Of a stretch of DNA of 64,000 nucleotides, positions 28,426 to 41,800 are shown one piece after another. Where the stretch lies: NCBI GenBank assembly GCA_003344405.1, contig NOWV01000128.1, forward strand, positions 62,001-126,000, given 5' to 3'. The DNA comes from Trichoplax sp. H2 (Eukaryota). Every line of letters starts with the position of its first letter. The stretch's first letter is position 1. Position numbers and translations under genes: made by a program. The notes beneath the pieces were generated by a model. That model saw only the letters and a program-made list of their open reading frames with translations, had not been told where the DNA came from and did no database searches.

Positions 28426-31400
28426 CTACTTAGCGAGTCTCCTGTTACTTAAATAATACCAATTTCAATTATTTACTACTGTCTAAATCTCATATTAATT
28501 TTTTATATTCATTAAAGCAGTCGCTGATTGTCGTAACTAAAAATTTTGCTTCATTATGTTCATCAATTTATTATATATCACTTTTTGCTCATTAAGATCC
28601 GTTTCAGACTAACGCAAAATTATTCAATCAATTTTGAATATTAGTATTATTTAGTTTTATACATTTCATATGCTTGTAGTTCCCAAATGCAAGTATTAAG
28701 GCGGATAATCATCAAAACGATCTTAAATGTATTCTTTCTGTTAAACTTACTTGTAGCGGCGACTTTAATTAGATCATATTTCGGATTAATTTCTTCTATA
28801 AGATTTAATAGAAGAACTTACATCTTGAAAATAAGCTGTTAAAGATACTTCCGATGCTAAATGATCTTTAATTTGAACCCGAGTGAATTTTATTTTATTC
28901 TTATCTCTTTTTACAAAATTACATCATAGACGAAATGCAAGACTTTGCTACCGTATTTTTATTAATTTATAGTGATCAAGGTCTGAAAGTGAACAATAAT
29001 TTCTTCTTGTCTAGAATATTAATAAACGTTTTCAATAAAGAAAATTTCATGAAATAAGTCTGTTGATTTAGCGATAATGCTAACTTGTTTAGCTTATATT
29101 CGCTGCTTAATTATAGGTTTAATTATAATTTATCCCACAACAAGAATTAAATACTCTATTCGCTAAATGTAGGTCTATCTCATGATGATATTATAATAAG
29201 TAACTGTTAAATTTGACGGAGAAAATGCAGTAGATCATACATTACTAGGGCTTGTTGATGCTTAGTTAAGCAGTCTCTTACTACCCTTGGCGTAAAATAC
29301 TATTTTGGTTTTGCAAAATTTTACTTTAATTAATTTAAGATCTATATCCACACTATTAAGGAGGTAATTGTGGTGACTTTTAGACTTAATTGATCAAGTT
29401 CTGCACTTATTATTTCATATTTTATCAAGTGATCTACATAACATATGACTTTTATGTAATGTTAGGAATGATACAGCAGAAAATGTAAAACTTTTATCGA
29501 TTGAAGGGATAACTGCCAAGTAAAAATGAACATGGTAGACTATTACTATCATGGTAATTTGTATGTAGTAATTGAAAGCTCTCTCAACTTACAAATAATT
29601 TATAGTAATCTCATTATCAAGCTTAAAACTATAATTTCATCATAACTGAAATAATATTATCTAAGCCCGGTGAAATTGTTGAATTAAATCAGAATAAGTT
29701 TATTGTCGCTTAGTATAACTAATCTATTTTAGGAAAATTCTTCAGTTATAACAGTAGAAAACATCAGGCATTAGCTGACTCCCAAGGTCTCTGATAAACT
29801 ACTTGCCATTAAATTTTTAAAGTTGAAACATAAAGGCTAATTTAAATGATAACGCTGACAATAAGATATTTGTAAGCTTTACTGGTATCGACAATTCATC
29901 ATTGGATTCATTATATTGATGTTATTCTTAATAACTTACCTTTTGCTTAGTCAAGCGGAGTAATATCATTAACAGTTGACGGCAGATTGCAATATTCCAA
30001 AATATATGAAGATCAACCGGATAAGGCACACCTACAAATATGAATAAATTCATTTTATGTAATATAATGGAGAATTAATAGCCAGACTGCAATTGAATTC
30101 AATGTTTTTAAATTTAATCTTAACTGCTTAAAAATATGGCGGTTTAAATGACCACATAAATATATGATACAGCTTAGCTAGTAAACGGCTTTTGTATGCG
30201 TTACTTCAGCAATATCTATTTCGCAAGCTGATATTTACCACAATATAGGATAGTGTCTGAAAAAAAGCATATGTGCATATTGCAGTATTTGCATTGCTTA
30301 ACGGTACTGGTAAGAACTGAGAAGAGCTGAGTAAAAGGCGAAATAAAGTGTGACTGCATATTTAATTTTTAAATAATAAATATACGCACAAGCGAGTCGA
30401 AAAATTTTCCTTTCATCGTTCATTTTATAGCATAAGAATCAGATACTCTGATCATGAGATGTGATATTCCCTATGCAGGTTGCTTAGTCAGAGAAATGGA
30501 AACAGGGACAGTTTCTAAAAGATTACACTGCGTATGTTTTAGGATAAATTCTTAAAATATTCAATACAGATTCTTTGTAACATTATAGGCGAATAAACCG
30601 GGCGCTTGATTTGCAGGAATCATTCATTTAGCAGACTGAGTACAGTGGCAGCTAAATCGGAAGTAATAGATATACAATTATTCGTGTGGGCCAACATTTC
30701 CTGTATCTAATAAAATCTATATTTTACTCAGATTAAATGATGGAAGCAATGATTAAAAATTCGGCATTGACCAAATTTCCGATAATTTCCGATTCTTAAA
30801 TGATTGAAATAAGGAAAAAATTCTTTAGAACCAGTTAGGTAAAACACAAAAATTGAATGAAATGATGAAAACATTTAATTTCTAGCCTGTGCAAGGATAT
30901 TATAATTATAATTTACTCAATTCTACGCTTGGAATATCATTTGTCGTTTTATATATATGGTAAACTTTTGATATTGGCGATTAAATGTGAGCTGCTAGTT
31001 CATACATAATTAAATACAGTATGGAACAGTATACGAATACTTTAACATACAGTATATCATAGCGTAGGTATTCCTTATAGCAGTATAAACTATCATCAGT
31101 CAGGAGGAGTAAAAGTAGTGAGGTAATTTACGATGATTTCATATAAGTTAAATTTTTTATTGAAAGTAACTTATCGGTTTCAGAAGTGAGCCTGATAATT
31201 TGACTTCTAAATGGAATGAGGCAATACCATCCAAAATCAAATGGTGACCATCAGGATTTGCTTTTACTATACAGTATATGGTCGTTCAGTAATGTTACGT
31301 ATAGTTTAAAAATTATTTAAAAATATGATTAATACACTCAGCAGTAAACTGAATAGCAATTTAAAACCAGTTTAACATGGAATATTTCAATATAGCAAGC

Positions 31401-32889
31401 AGCTAGATTAGCGCAAAATCGCAATGTTATGGCAGTTACAGATATTAAAAATGAATAAATTGATAAGATAATAGACGGGAGTTCAGAATCGGCTCATTAT
31501 GGATTACTTAATTAAGCAAGCAGCTGGATTAATATGAAACTGTAAGATATCATGGACTGCAATGTTTTAAGTAATTCAAAAATTCAAAATTGAAGACTGA
31601 CTAGGTATTAATCATTCTCTTAAAATCATTTTAAGACAAATTACTTTAACTTAACCAATGACTAGATTTATGGGAAGCTACAAGGTTGTGTACAGTTCGA
31701 AAAGATATTTTTAAAAAAATAATAAATTGATGACGTACTAAACCACATTTCAGAATCAGCTTCAATAGATTTTCCAGCAATTATGTAGGACTTGAATGTG
31801 ACTTAGAATTAAATGACTGTTTAAAGACGTTCTATGGTAATTTGCACAGATAAATACAGCTTTATAGGCGAATCTGTGATGGTCAGTAGGATTGTATCTT
31901 GATTTTTGTTCCACGATAAATCGACATATTTTCCCTAAGCATATTTGACACATAGCATAAGAATTTGATTTATTGTGAAGTTCCAGTCCCCACGCATTGA
32001 TGTGCAAATCAGATTAAACTTGTAACACGTGTAATTTTATAACAGCTACCATCAGTCGATTAATTATTACATGCCTAAATGCGCGTACGTCGATGAGATA
32101 AATTTTAAAATAAAAAATTTAACGACAAATTGTTACGAATAAATGTTTATCATTAACAATGAAATTTAATCATACATATTAATGCTAACAATACCAATAC
32201 TATGACAGCACTAGAATAGCGTCTTCTATATGCTAAATTTACATCATACTAGTATTACAGTTAGATTTCATGAAATAAAAATTGATACCATAGTTATTAA
32301 TATCTCGGTACGCTATTTTACACATTGTCACAAATTTAAACTTTTTAACATTTAATGGGAAGATTAATTTAGAAGCATTTATGCTTTGCAGTACTTACAG
32401 CATGGATTACAATTTTTCTGTTAACTGTACCCAAGTCATCATTTACTATCATTATAGTTATCTTTATGAATTCGATAGAATTGCCTTACAATTCTATTGG
32501 CTATATCGTAATAATTTTATACTGTATCGCGTGTTCTACTTATAACTAAATCAAACAGTTTCATCTAAATCACTAAAATATCGTCTTAACCGATAATATT
32601 ACAATATGGTCATACACAACTGTGTTACGACTACAAAATAGGAGATTATTTAGCATGATTGTTATAATTTCTATTACGTTAATTGCCATATCATTTTTAA
32701 TAGTAATTGAAAAATTTGTATTCTCTTTTAGATTGCCCATAATTTAATACATTATATTATATTCTTAGCAAGTATATACTACAATAACTGTTTCTTTAGA
32801 ACTAAAAATAGATTCAGTAAATCTTTTCAGCGATATAGTCCAAGATACATACAATAAATCCATACAGGTAATGCATGAGAGTTATCATA

Positions 32890-35800
32890 TTAACGCCAAC
32901 TTAGATTTTGCTGTGCATTCAACTGTCCAGGAGTGTTCGCGTAGATGTTGCCTTGCTGTTGCACAGGAAAATTACCGTACTGTTGTGAAGTTTGTCCAGT
33001 CATGTTTCTTGCAGACGAATCACTTGGCGAAGATTGAGCTGAAAGTAAGAACAGCATCATTTCATTAAAGGGTTTCTAGTTTCATATAAAACATATACCA
33101 CACATTTTCATCATCAATATAGATTAGTATATTACGAGTGAATACTTCAAAACGTTGGATAGATACCTACCTTCCTGTACAAATTTACTGGCATAGGCAA
33201 ATACTGCTTCATAGCACATGATGTATTGATCCTAGTAATAAAGTATATAATTTGGTTGATTACAACAAACTACAAATGGACATCTTTAATTCGTTCTTTT
33301 TTCTAGGCGAGATAATAACACATGTAACACGTTGACATCAACATACTCTGATCATATACCTTAGTTCGAACCATGTAATTTCGACGTTGGCGAAGGGATT
33401 GAATCAGCTTTGAAATATTTACTATGCAGCAATAATTTAATAGGTCATTAAAACCTAGATTCAGATACTAAAAATGCTACATTAGCAATAACACATCGCA
33501 TACTTAATCCATGTCCGCCTGCCATTTCTTTGATAGCAGTGTAAAGGATACAGAATGCTCCTGTTCTTCCAACTCCATCACTGTAAGAGGACACAAAATT
33601 AATCTTCGACTAATCTATTATTATGAGAAGAAGCTGTATATGCCGCTCTTACCTGCAATGCACCACAACAGGCGCTTGCGATCCAGGGTCGATCTTTTGT
33701 AGGTGAGATGTGACGTCTTCTAAATAGGCCATGAGTGGCTTGTACGATGTTTGATTGCTACAATAGAATAAATATAAGAAGTGAATAAGCTTTTATTAAA
33801 CTCCATGAAATAGCGTATTTTGTATTTTACTTACAACGGCTGAGGCCACGTAATCAGTTGTAACTGAGTTATTGACCTACTTTCGGTATTCTAGTAGTAA
33901 AGCAATAAGTGTAGGTTATTTTAACAATCAGCTAATTAAATAAAATATTATGGTATAGTATCTTGCTCTACTTCAAAATTATAAGAACCTTTTTAATGGT
34001 TATTATCCTCTTGAATCCATAAGGTTGAGCTTCTTGGCTTGCTAAAGTTACAACAATAGCACCGTAGGTAACTGATGATCCTACATTTTCCGGCCAATAG
34101 CGATCGCACACACGCTAGCGTAAGTGATTAAACGCACATATTAATACAGTATAGAAGGTAACTGAAGGTGCCATTTTTTGTAGAACTCTACCTTGCAGTT
34201 TTCAATTTCAGCTACTAACATAGCAATAAATAATGCATTTGTTTCCCAAATCATACGCCAGAAATCAGTAAAGGATGACGGCAAGGGAGGTTGTGTAGCA
34301 ATATATCGTGATGATAACGTAGTTAAATCATCAATCAAGCTCGAGTTTATATATCCTTCATCGCCTTCATATTGCGGGCTCAATATTACTCGGGAATAAT
34401 CATCTAACGTCAATAATAAGCATAATTGCGTTTTAGTTATCAAATTAGTATCGTAGCTTCAGACAATGTTTAATATTCTTCTTACAAGGTAGAATAGTTT
34501 CATCGCGATTGCCAATTGGATGCCGGTGAGCTACGTTACAAGGGTATTTGCGAGAGTCCGTAACACGGCTCTCTTCTAGAGCCTGTATGTAAGAAATATT
34601 CATCGTAAGTCAGCCATGAAATGAAAACTACAAGAATATAATTTTATTTTTATTCAAAACGCAAATCTAAAACCTGAAACTCAGTAGTGAAACCGTCACA
34701 GTTCTGTTGGGCACTGTAGCATAAAGACTGCATGTTTTGACCAAACTGCATTGTATCAGAGCGTAATTTATCTATGTACTCTCTGGAGAAACTTTGAAGA
34801 AGTGGCTTCTGCTGAGTTGGAGCAGCTGGTTTACTACCCGCTATCACAGGCGATAAAATAGTGCTCCCGGATGTTCCTTGCAAATTAAATTGATCTACGC
34901 TTGAGGTAAGTAAATCAACGGGCTGATTATTGTTTTTCGCCTGATATAACCGTGGTGGAAATTGCTGATTCTGCACCGGTTGAAGAATTTGAGGCTTTTG
35001 TTGTTGTGCTGGGGGTGCTCCATTGTATCGTCCCTGCTGTAAAACAGATTCGTTTGAATTATTTCATAAATTGTATACATATTTGCTAACAAATTATTTT
35101 TCGGTTACCTCATGAAATTGCCTAGAATTTGCCTGCGACATGTTTGCATTGTATGGCCTAACTGGTCCCTGTTGATTGACTTGCTGCAGTGGAGTAAACT
35201 GCTGTTGTTGTTGCTGCTTGGCAGTACTGATTCCACCTTGTACTTGGCTGTTGCCATACATATTTTGACCTTGCGAATTTGTTTGATTATACATATTCAT
35301 GCTTTGTCCACCTTGCTGAGTGTTAAGCATTTGCTGCATTACAGGATTAGAATGAGCATAGACAGTGCTCTGCGCAGTTGATTTAGCCGATTGTGAAGGA
35401 AGATTATTTACCATAGAAGGATTATTATTTACCGTTACGTACGAAGTTTGCGTAGTAGGTCGAGGCCCCATTTGTTGCTGTAGTGGCTGAGCACTCATAA
35501 AACCAGTCGGACCTTGATTTTGGCTCTGCTGTTGTAGACTAGGCTGCTGCTGATTACTGCATATCCAAGCGGTATTATCACCAGCTGGTTTAGAAGACTG
35601 ATTTACTATCCCTTCATTTCGCCTTATGTTGAAAGAGCTATTTGATGGGATATTTCCTTGAGAGAAAGTGCCGGGACGCTGATGTTGAGACACCGCTTGT
35701 CCTGCACTGCTTTGCGATTGAATAGTATGTGCTTGTTGATTTTGGGGCCTTGATAAGACCTGTGTCGGCTGCTGAGCTGACTGAGACGACGGAAGTTGTG

Positions 35801-38800
35801 GCTGGTAAGTCGGGTAGCCAGAAAACTTCTGATCTAATCCTTGATTCGAAAATTGATTTTGTAAGGCAGTAGTTGATTGAGGCAAATTTGATTGAATATC
35901 TTGGCGTTGTACATTGGTGTGAGGACCCAAAACGTTACCCGAGGATGGCTGCTGAAAACTCACGTGTTGTGAATTTGGTTGGTTTAAATTTGGATTTGAT
36001 ATTTGTCTTTGTATCGCATTAGGCACTGCAGTACTATTTGACTGAGAAATTTGACGTTGCGGATTAGGTGCTGTATTACTACCGGATTGAGAATTTTGAT
36101 ATTGTAGGTTATCATTGAATGCTGTTGTTGCATTACCACTCGTCAACTGTTGAGACTGATAGTTATTTTGGGGTAGCATACTTCCACTAGATACTTGCCG
36201 GGTAGCCGATAATTGATTTTGAGGATGCGATGGAATGTTGGCTTGGTATGGCAGTGAGACTGGAGTTGATACATTGCTTTGGGAATTCATTGCTGCAGAA
36301 ATCTGGTTTACTGAAGATAAAGGAACTGGACTACGCTGCTGCGACAGTAACGGCTGTGGCGATTGTGGTTGCATCGGTAACGGCTTCTGTTGTTGTTGAG
36401 AGATACTTGCGGGAGTTGGATGTGGAGATTGTGGAGATACTGGAATAGTCGATTGGGAATACGTACTGGAGGGTAGCGATTGTTGATGCTGAAGTGAAGA
36501 TGGAGCTGCATCCGTACGGCCTTGAAAAAATTGATTATCATCTCGATTCGGCAAAGGTAATGCAGTAGGACTAGCGGTATTAAAATTCATGCCTTTGTTT
36601 AAGTTTTGCTGATTTGTTGGCGAAGTAGGGGTTACTTGGCCATTTGCAATTAATCCCCAACGCTGAGTGTTTGCTATTGGCTGTAATAAAAACATATAAT
36701 TATTTCAGTATCTGAGATAAGAGCATAAAACTATTTATCAAATCTTAAAATGAAAAAAATGTACAGTATTATTGGCCATTAATTCAGCATTTTTTTTCGC
36801 TCTTCTTTCTGCAACAATTTCCCTAAGAATACAATATGTAGATGAGATGCTATTTATTCGAATATGATTTGGCTACATTAAGGCTCTACCTTGCTTTTTG
36901 CTCCCGTTCTTTCAATCTTTGCTGTATGACTGGTTCAATTTTCTGAGAGAATTTTTCGATATCATTTGCAAATTTCTTATAGAATTCAATTCCATGCCTA
37001 GAATAATAGAGGCGAAATAATACCGTCCAAGTCAGAGTCTGCATCTATTAGAACGTAGAATACTAACAATACGTAAATACTTACTCGGCTTTTGAAATTA
37101 ATTCATTCATTACGTTGTAAGATAGCATAAGGGATTTAATATAAGCATTTCGCCTATGATGGAAGCAAATTTAAAACATTAACCAAACGGTCATAGACCT
37201 GTAGCTTCAATAAGATTAGCATTTCGTTTCTTACTTTGCGCTAGTTTTGCATGCTTGTTCACGTGCAGCTCCATATTTGGCATTTGCATCAGTTAACACC
37301 CTAGTTAAAGCAGAAAAAGTGAGAAAGGACTATAGCAGACTATCAGGAAGTACCCCAGAGTTATATCTATATAAGAGCCACAATGCAAGCGCCTTACATT
37401 ATAATTCTTTCTTGAGCCGCCAAATTTTGGCGAATTACGTTAACAAGACTATCATGTTTCTGTATCTGCTCGTGAAAGATATCAGTACTATCTTTATTGG
37501 TTTGAGTGACAATCATGGATGTAATATCATCCTCATTTAAGGCTTCTCTCAAATTTCCCTCTAGATTACTTCTCTGTTTTTTCATTTCTTCTACTTTTGC
37601 CTGCAAGCCACGTTATGATATAAATAATCATGCATGAATCTAGGAAAATAATATAGTTAACACTATTGAATGAATTCATTTTACCAAAATTCTTCGAAGA
37701 TTTGTTTCAGCAGCTTCATCAATAGGTATATCTAATAAGTTTAACTTTGGTAGAGAAGCCATTAAAGCATCCTTCGAACCATTTAGCAATTTTAGATTTT
37801 CAATATTACTATCGTATGCATTGAAAACTTCATCATTGCACTTCATCGCTTTGTCGTTTGCTTCTTTTCTTCTTTCGAATTTAGATTTCAATTCTTCAAA
37901 TACAGCTGCGTCATGTACTATACCAAATTTAGACTACAAAACACCGAATTAGATGGCATATCGCAAATCGAGTTCGAAACTTAGATAAAGTTTGACAGGG
38001 AAGGCAACTGGAAATAGTACGTAGTTTTACGTAGATACCTCAAAGCGCTCTGCAGCTTGGTTTTCTTCATTCAATTTTTTGTCAGTAGCGTTAATTTTAT
38101 CTTCGATATCTTGGTATAAACGCTTTAACTCTGAAATTAAATAAACAGACTAAATTAAGACACCTACATACCGATCTATAGGGCCTTGAACAAAATATTA
38201 CCTTCGATTAACTCATTCAATTTTTCTAGAACATCAGGATTGCTATTTAACTGTTGATTAATTTCAGAAATTTCACCTACATCACATCATTTGTATAATC
38301 AGATAGAGTAATTAGTAATGGCTTTCGGTATATATCTATTTTTGATACGTATATAAAAACCTTACTTGGCAATTCCATTTGTACTTGCATATCGCTTCGG
38401 TTTAAGTTTGGTAATTGGAGTGACGATATCACTTGGCTTAAGTAATTTTAGAAATTTGTTTCAAATATAATCAAATATAAGTCTTAGGTCTGACTATGCT
38501 GCATATGCCAAAATATCATAATCATTAGGAAGAAATTGATCCATACCTTAGCTCTTCATTTTTTTGCTGAATAGAACTAGTAACTGATCGCAGGAGTTGA
38601 GCCTTTTCTTCACTATGGTACATAGAATATTAAACGAAACAGTCTAGATTAATTTAATCTAGTAAGAGTATTAACAACGATGTCATGGTGCTGTGCTTAC
38701 CTATACATTGATGACTGTTCATGTGCCTGCATTGGAACAAGTTTTGCAAAGATGTCATCGCCATAAAGATTTTTATCAGTTGGGCAAAAGGTACGAGGTT

Positions 38801-41800
38801 TAGAGAGAGAAAGTCCTAAAGAGATGTATCAACATGGCAGTCAGTGACGATTTATGATATTAAGTAATTTAAATCTTTTCCACAAGTACTAATCGATTTA
38901 ACATAGTATCATCTCATGCCTTCGATCACTGGCAGATTAGCGATTGCAGGTATAGATTCATGATACACAAAGTCATTATCTTTGATCGCTGCTTTTAACC
39001 TGTTTGAATATACAAGTTTAGCATTGGCCAATAACGGCATAAAAATATACATATAATAGGTAAAATATTGACTTATAGAAAGGCTGATTTATCATCAGAT
39101 GTATCAAGCTTACTGATAATTTATCACGTCGTAGGTGTAATTATAGACATCTTGGAATTTAGCATCAATTCCTTGCTGTGAATTTTCATAAAACGAAATT
39201 GTTATTAATGACATTTTTCAATTAGAAGGTAATTTCGTCTTAAAATATTACCGCTACCTTTAAAAGTTTTGAACATTCTTCTAGTTTTGCAGAAGCAGCT
39301 TTTAAATAACCAACCTTAAAATGAAAATAAACGAAGTAGAGAGAGCTTAGTGATGCCGTTATCTAACTGTATTTATTATATAACAATATATATGTCATTG
39401 TCAATCTATAGATTATATACAACGTTCCATAAAATTTTAGTCGCATAGTCATCCTAACTTACAATGATAAAAAGAAATACTTACTTTATCTCCAAATCTC
39501 GAATTTTCATCGGAAGAGTTTGCCATATACAACTGTTTAAGTAGATTGTAATTGTTAAGAAATTAATAAATGCACTCGGTTGAGCAAATTAAATGGTCCA
39601 ATACATTACAATTAACTATACGAATTACTCACATGCGCAACTGCGTCATAGTATACAATTTTAAAGGTTAGAAACTTTGACCATACCTAAAAGAACAAAG
39701 TAATGATTATTTTAACAACTATATAGTATTTACTTGCATTTCCTATAGTAAACAATTTCGTTCTTACTTTGCATCTTCTTGAACTAATGATTTGTACAGC
39801 AGCTTCTAATATATTTTGGCCAAGTCTCAGATAGCTAATAATTTGCGCTGCTATTCGAGCAATTAAGGAGCCCTTTCTGTTGTCTTTGATCGATTTTTCC
39901 AATATGCATTCTTGCGCTTGACCCTATTTTCGCGACAGAATGTTAGGTAAAAAATAATAATAGATAGGCGAGATTTCGATCATCGGTATACATACCAGCA
40001 TTAATTGTATGTAGAAGGAAATAATAGCATGGCTAACATCGGGAGTATAATCCCCCCCAACTTGATCCTATAAAGGATTAAGAAGATCTTAGTGGTTATT
40101 AACGATCCGTGTTTCTACAGTATTGCAACATATACTAGCATTTATTTAACTACAAAATCTACAAATATTTAAGATCGATTACTGACACAGTTGATGTGAC
40201 TAGAATGCTATTTGTATCTTAGCAATAGTATTTTATTTAATGAAGAAAGTTTAATTTAAAATGTACAGTTAAGTAGGTGAATATTCCAGCAGCATCTTGA
40301 AAATGAGTACAGGATGTTTTCAATGCCTACAGTGCATAATTTATGGCAGATCAGCTTATATTAATCTTTTCATACCTAGGCTACTTTACATATAGGTATT
40401 ATAGCATGTCTTACTTCGTCAGTCATTCTCTCATCTTTCGCACCTAATTCGGCATGTAAGGCTCCCAAATTGTGCAATATGCAGGCTTGCTCGAATTTAA
40501 TATCATCATGACATACCTCCTTTCCATTATACATGTCAGTCCTATCAAAGTTGATAAAATAAGAGCTCCTTGAAGATAATAAAATTTTCAGTTATAAAAT
40601 TACGTAAAGTATGTCATACCATGTATACAGTATAGCTGCTCGTTCACCAGATCGCATAGCGAATCGCACTGTCATCATATTTAATTGGCAAAAATAGCGC
40701 GCAAGGAGTAGGCATCCATTTTCCCCGCATGGTGGAATAATAATAGACTGAAATGCAAGATTTTTGAACGTCAAGCAATTACTATTAAACACTGCTGATA
40801 AGCCTGAAGCGAAAAAGCAAATTTCAGTACAAGCTTATAGGTACGATTATTTGTTCTCCATGCTACGTTAACAAATTAAGAATGCTGCAGATCTTGCTGC
40901 ATCTGCGCTACTGAGATAATATATGAAAGATATGACGAGAATCTATTAGATCTAGGTTGTGCGAAAGTTAGAAGATTTGGTTTTGACAGCAAATTACGTA
41001 AAAAAAAACATCCAAAAGAGCATTCTTTGAACCAAGATAAAAATATCATTTTATCCTAAACCAAGTTGGTAAGTCTAAATTTTACAAGTGTAACCATTGA
41101 TAACCTATAGCCAACCCGTATTTTCTATTGACAACTGTTGTGGCTCTTAAACAAAAACTATAAAGCAGCGATGCTCTCTTCAGTTAGTTTTCGGTGCTGC
41201 GTAAATGTGTATCAAATTTAGGTAAAAAAGCAGTTTAAGCAGGATTGATTGTCTAGAGACTATTAATATTGTTATCGTATATTCATAACTATCATGCTTA
41301 TTGACTTTTTGATTCGTGTAATTATATCAGCGCGAGTGTAATAAGATAGTGCCAATTCATAAATAGATTGACTAGTGATCAGAATAGAAAAGTAAATATT
41401 AGAATTCAGGGATTCAGTGACATCTGATAGCATTCAATCTATGGTACGAATATTTCTAGAAAGTTACTGTTGAACTCTTCAATCAAGCGACGATACTACT
41501 AGTAATCAACGTTGAAAAATACTATCATTTTAGCCCCAGCATAAGCAATCAAGAGTATTACTTAAATGACATACAGTATCAATATTTGCTCAAGTCGCAG
41601 GAAATTACTAATGAAAATTATAGGACATGAAGCGTAAAAGTTTATACAGTAGTTCTATGTTTCTATCGCATAATAACAAATTGTGGAGGTGAAATCCCCC
41701 AATTGTAAAGCGATTCGATTTTTTCAATAACGACAACGGCACATTATGGTAAAAATATTATCGATTAACTACAGCAATAAAGGGTGGAAATAATTGATCA

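Noticed and set aside
35112-36541. Alternate-frame and antisense ORFs (35112-35381, 36230-36448, 36308-36541)
   Set aside because: Shadows of the Q-rich PTPN23 exon.
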